NCBI RefSeq assembly: GCF_048593235.1
Contig: NC_133622.1
Span: 250,980,055-251,044,054, forward strand
Source of the DNA: Sminthopsis crassicaudata
Lineage: Eukaryota
Length of the DNA: 64,000 bases
Reading direction: 5' to 3'
Shown in pieces: positions 54,430-64,000 of the stretch. Position 1 is the first letter of the stretch. Every line of letters starts with the position of its first letter. Made by a program: the position numbers and the translations under genes. The notes under the pieces are model-generated. The model had not been told where the DNA came from, searched no databases, and worked only from the letters and a program-made list of their open reading frames with translations.

Positions 54430-54690
54430 CCATTTCCAAGCCCCGTTTTACACAAAGGGCAGGAGGCAGTCACAGGTGGAGGGATTTGCCCAGAGCCACA
54501 CAGGCAGCATTCGAACTCGACTCTTCCCAAGTCCTCTGCCTGCAGAGGCGGCAGTGGGCCTCCGCGGCACCCGTACCGATCCATCCCCCACGTTTTACAG
54601 GTAGGGAAACTGAAGCCCAGGCTGGCGAGCGACTTGTCCAAGGCCACAAAACCTGCACTCCTCAGAGGCAGGATTTGAGCATGGAGCACA
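54430..54690 (+). mobile_element. MIR-family SINE fragments upstream of KAT5
   Basis: ccccacgttttacaggtagggaaactgaagcccagg...gacttgtccaaggccaca...gaggcaggatttgagc. Confidence 0.75.
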
Positions 54691-54699
54691 ATTGATAGA

Positions 54700-55128
54700 A
54701 CAGGGGCGGCGCTCTGTAGGGCGGGGCTCCGAGTTTCGAGCAGGGAATCTCCAGGCCCCTTCTGAACAACAACAACCGCATCACGTGGTCGCTAGAAGCC
54801 ACGTGATCCCGACGCGCTCGAACGACGTCACTTGAAGGACCCCGCTCTCTTCCAACCAGAGGGCGAGGCTCGAGGTCTCGCCCCGCCCCGGAAACGGCCT
54901 GGGGCCCCGAGCTTGTCCCTACGCTGCCTGACCTCCTGGAGGCCGAGCGCTCCTGGAAGTGAGCCGGCCTCGCCGCCCGTGCCGCGTCCTTGGTCGCGGA
55001 CTCCTTCCCCTCCGCCCGGAGGCCTCTTCACTCCTACACTCCTAGAGCTGGCACCGGGGAGGTGCCGGTACGCCGGACGTGACGTCACCCCACGGGGCCG
55101 GAAGCGGCTCCTGAGGGAGGGAGGGAAG

Positions 55129-55130
<2 letters not shown>
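54700..55130 (+). promoter_or_regulatory. KAT5 promoter
   Basis: E-boxes CACGTG 54782-54787 and 54800-54805, CRE TGACGTCA 55080-55087, ETS CCGGAAG 55098-55104, YY1-type AAGATGGCG overlapping the ATG. CpG-rich. Confidence 0.85.
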
Positions 55131-61339
<6,209 letters not shown>

Positions 61340-61568
61340 CCTCGGCCTTGCCCTTGCCAGGCCTGCCCGTTGGGCCTCTTGGACCTCTTGGCCGGGAAGG
61401 GCCTTGACAGGCCCGGGCCAGAGAGCCGTGGCTGCGCCTGTGCTGCCTCAGGCGGGCCCGTGTACAGAGAGTGGCAGCTGTGTATAGTGTCGGGGGGGAG
61501 GGGGGCTGGGCATGTACAGTGGTTTTGTAAGGTGGGGGTGGGAGGGACCCCTGTCCTGCTTCATGGGC

Positions 61569-61574
61569 AATAAA
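61569..61574 (+). terminator. KAT5 polyadenylation signal AATAAA
   Basis: AATAAA 230 nt after the stop codon. Confidence 0.8.
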
Positions 61575-61665
61575 GTGTTTCTACAGATCCTGGGCCCCTC
61601 CTGCTTGGGGCCAGGAAGGGGGACTCAGAACCTGGGGCTTCACTCCCACACAATTTCCAGACTTT

Positions 61666-61671
61666 TTTATT
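61666..61671 (-). terminator. RNASEH2C polyadenylation signal AATAAA
   Basis: TTTATT on + strand, 45 nt after the RNASEH2C stop. Confidence 0.75.
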
Positions 61672-61716
61672 GTGCAGTGGGGATGATGGCACAGTTTGGG
61701 GTTCAGAACTGCCGCC

Positions 61717-63203
61717 TCAGCCGTCGTCCTCAGCCACGGGTGCATGGATCTGGAGGGGACAGACAGGAGTTGCAGGCTGGGGCCTGATGCTGTGACCCCC
61801 CCCCCCAATGGATTGCCCCGGGGCCTGCCCTGAAACTTGTGGCACCCCAGCATTTCCCCTTCAGTGGTTTTCCTGCAGGGGGTGGGAACTGGACTGAGAC
61901 ATTTACACCCCCCCTAGGTGCAGACAGGGCTAGCTAGGAGGGGCATTGGGACTGGGGGTCCCCAGGCATGACACTCACAGCAGTGGCCAGGCTGGGCCAG
62001 CTCAGGGCTCCATGTATCCGGGAATCTGGCCCTGGGGGGGTCTCTAGGCCCCAAAGGGTGAAGCTGCCAAAGGTGCCGATGGCCTGGACGGTCCGGTCCT
62101 GAGGAATGAGCAGTTGTGCTACACGGGCCAGACCCTGCCTCCCAGCCCCCAGGTGCCCCGCACCCACTCTGGGCACCTCCTCCCAAGCGCCCACTCACCT
62201 CTGACCCCTGGGCCTTGTCCTCTTCCCGAAGCACCAGCCCCACATAGCCAGCCGGCAGGGTCACCTCTTCTCCTTGCAGGCTGCGGCCTCTGAAGGACAC
62301 CGTGGGCCCTGGGACAAGGGGACACTGAGGGTCAGGGCCGGCCCTGGTACTGACCCCAAGCTTGAGGTGTCCCCTCCTCCTGGGGAAGCAAGCCCACTCA
62401 GTGACTCAGACTTTCTGTGAAATGGACCACCGAGCCCTCCCTCCTGTGGGTGCCCAGACTCCTCCTCTGAAGGGCTGCCCCATGATGGGGACAAAGACCC
62501 GAGGTTAAGTGGAGGCAGCAGTGGGCTGTGGGAAGGGTAAGGTCAAAGGCAAAGGGCTGGATGCAAATCCCAGCTGTCCTTAGCCCAGGCCCTGGACAGT
62601 TGGGGGAGGACGCAGTTTCTCCATGTGTAAGATGAGAGGGAGAGGATTGGTGGCCTGAGGTCCCCTAGGACCCCTAGACCAGTTAGTTCCGTGAGGGCTC
62701 TGCACACAGCAGGTGCTTAATAAGTGCACATTTGACTAAATGGGCAACCAAGTAGTCATCTTTCCACTCCTCCCCCTTGGTGGGAGGGGCCCGGGCTCAG
62801 TTACTCCTCTGTCCCTACCGCCACCTTCGGCAGAAAACAGCAAATTGGGGTACACCCCCCTCCAAGTCTGGCTTCATTTCTGGACGGGCCTCGCGGCGTG
62901 TGTGCACAGGGAGAACAATGACATTTTCTAAGAGCCTTTCACGCTCATCCCCCCGCCCCCCGTCCCCGGGACCCCAGGCTTGACGGGAATTGTAGTCCAT
63001 TCCCACCCGGCTCCAGCGCGCATGCTCCTGGCACCTGAAGGCCCCGGCCGAACGGCCGGGCTGAAGAAGCGACTGACGGCGGCGGGTCCGTTGTGCTGGA
63101 TCTCGCAGGGGAGAAGGTGCAGCGCGGTTGGCGTCGCGGAGCGCACGGAGTTCGGCTGCAGCCGAATGAGGCCCGGGAGCGCGGGGGCTGCGCCGTCCGG
63201 CAT
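61717..63203 (-). CDS. RNASEH2C: Ribonuclease H2 subunit C, 4 exons, 143 aa
   Basis: Coding exons (minus): 63035-63203, 62199-62308, 61979-62098, 61717-61749. Motifs [51 protein letters not shown]. Position is syntenic, tail-to-tail with KAT5. Confidence 0.93.
62555..62740. mobile_element. MIR and L2-tail fragments in RNASEH2C intron 1
   Basis: gcagtttctccatgtgtaagatgag...tgaggtcccct and gcacacagcaggtgcttaataagtgc. Confidence 0.6.
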
Positions 63204-63450
63204 CGCTTCGAAGAGCCTGTGCGCGTGCGCTGGCGTAGGGGATGCGCTTGGAACTCGCGCCGAACGCCAAGCGCTTGCGCTCTGCACGCCACCTCATGGG
63301 AGCCGTAGTTCATTGTGGCCGTGCGTGCTGACGTCACAGGCATCACGTACCGACATGTGCTAGGAACACAGAGCTACCCCCTAGTGTATTATGGGTTCAA
63401 ATCTTGCAATTTCCGGAGTGCGGAGCTGTCCCTTGACCCTGGTTCGGCAG
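63204..63450 (-). promoter_or_regulatory. RNASEH2C promoter
   Basis: CpG-rich sequence upstream of ATG 63203, CRE TGACGTCA 63329-63336, ETS TTCCGG ~63411. Confidence 0.7.
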
Positions 63451-64000
63451 CTCTCCCCCGGCCTTGCGGCCCCAGCATTCCCGGAGGAAGGACAGGAGCG
63501 GGAGCTCCCCAGGAACCGGCTTTTCTTTCAAATGCCCAATTGTATTTTCCGTTGCGAGTTCCTTCCCTCCCACCGAGAAAACAAAACCACATCCGGGCTT
63601 ATTCTGGAGGCCTCCCCAAGGCACAGGCCGCTCATTGCCTGGTTCTGCTCCCTTCTGCGCACCCAGAGCCTCTGAGAGCAGCCCTGGGGGCTCGTTTCTG
63701 GGGGAAGGGGCCAAAGAGCTGCTTCCTCCGGAAACCTGGGGGGGGGGGGCAGTCAGTTCCTGTCTGCATGTACCCTCAGGCCCCAGGGCGCTCCTTGAGC
63801 AGCCCTGGAACGCCACTGGGAGGGAGGCCTATGGAGCCCAGCTGGTCCTCCTGGCACTCCGGTCTCAGGGGGCTTCCGGCAATGGTGAGGACGGGCCCCC
63901 TTTCAGCGCCAGGTCCCTGAGCCCCGATTACACAGGAGAGGCCGCTTGGCCTCTGGCAAACTGCTGCTCTCAACCTTCAAGCAGACACCCATTTCCCAAA

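Overview
GC-rich mammalian genomic DNA syntenic with human 11q13.1. It is probably marsupial (inference): MIR/L2/CR1 fragments are abundant and well preserved, I recognised no Alu/B1, and the proteins diverge from eutherian orthologues. Six genes can be built exon by exon with GT-AG junctions and consistent phases: MAP3K11 (-, exons 1-7, runs off the left edge), PCNX3 (+, 35 exons, one apparent +1 G frameshift at 23761-23765), SIPA1 (+, 15 coding exons), RELA (-, 11 exons), KAT5 (+, 14 exons) and RNASEH2C (-, 4 exons). The ~10 kb RELA-KAT5 gap holds a ~1.5 kb 40-bp minisatellite that appears to have expanded from the reverse-transcriptase region of an L2 LINE, plus L2/CR1/MIR relics and two solo LTRs. 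Best leads: (1) the L2-born minisatellite with a 362-bp higher-order duplication next to the RELA promoter; (2) introns that contain tandem degenerate copies of the preceding exon/donor junction (MAP3K11 intron 5, PCNX3 intron 1); (3) AUGA stop-start uORF pairs in both arms of the MAP3K11/PCNX3 divergent pair, with a 323-aa spliced alternative ORF in PCNX3; (4) loss of several RelA phospho-sites and of the Tip60 intron-1-retained isoform. I found no convincing wholly new protein-coding system. Most long ORFs in the track are GC-content artefacts. Human comparisons are from memory and need an alignment to confirm.
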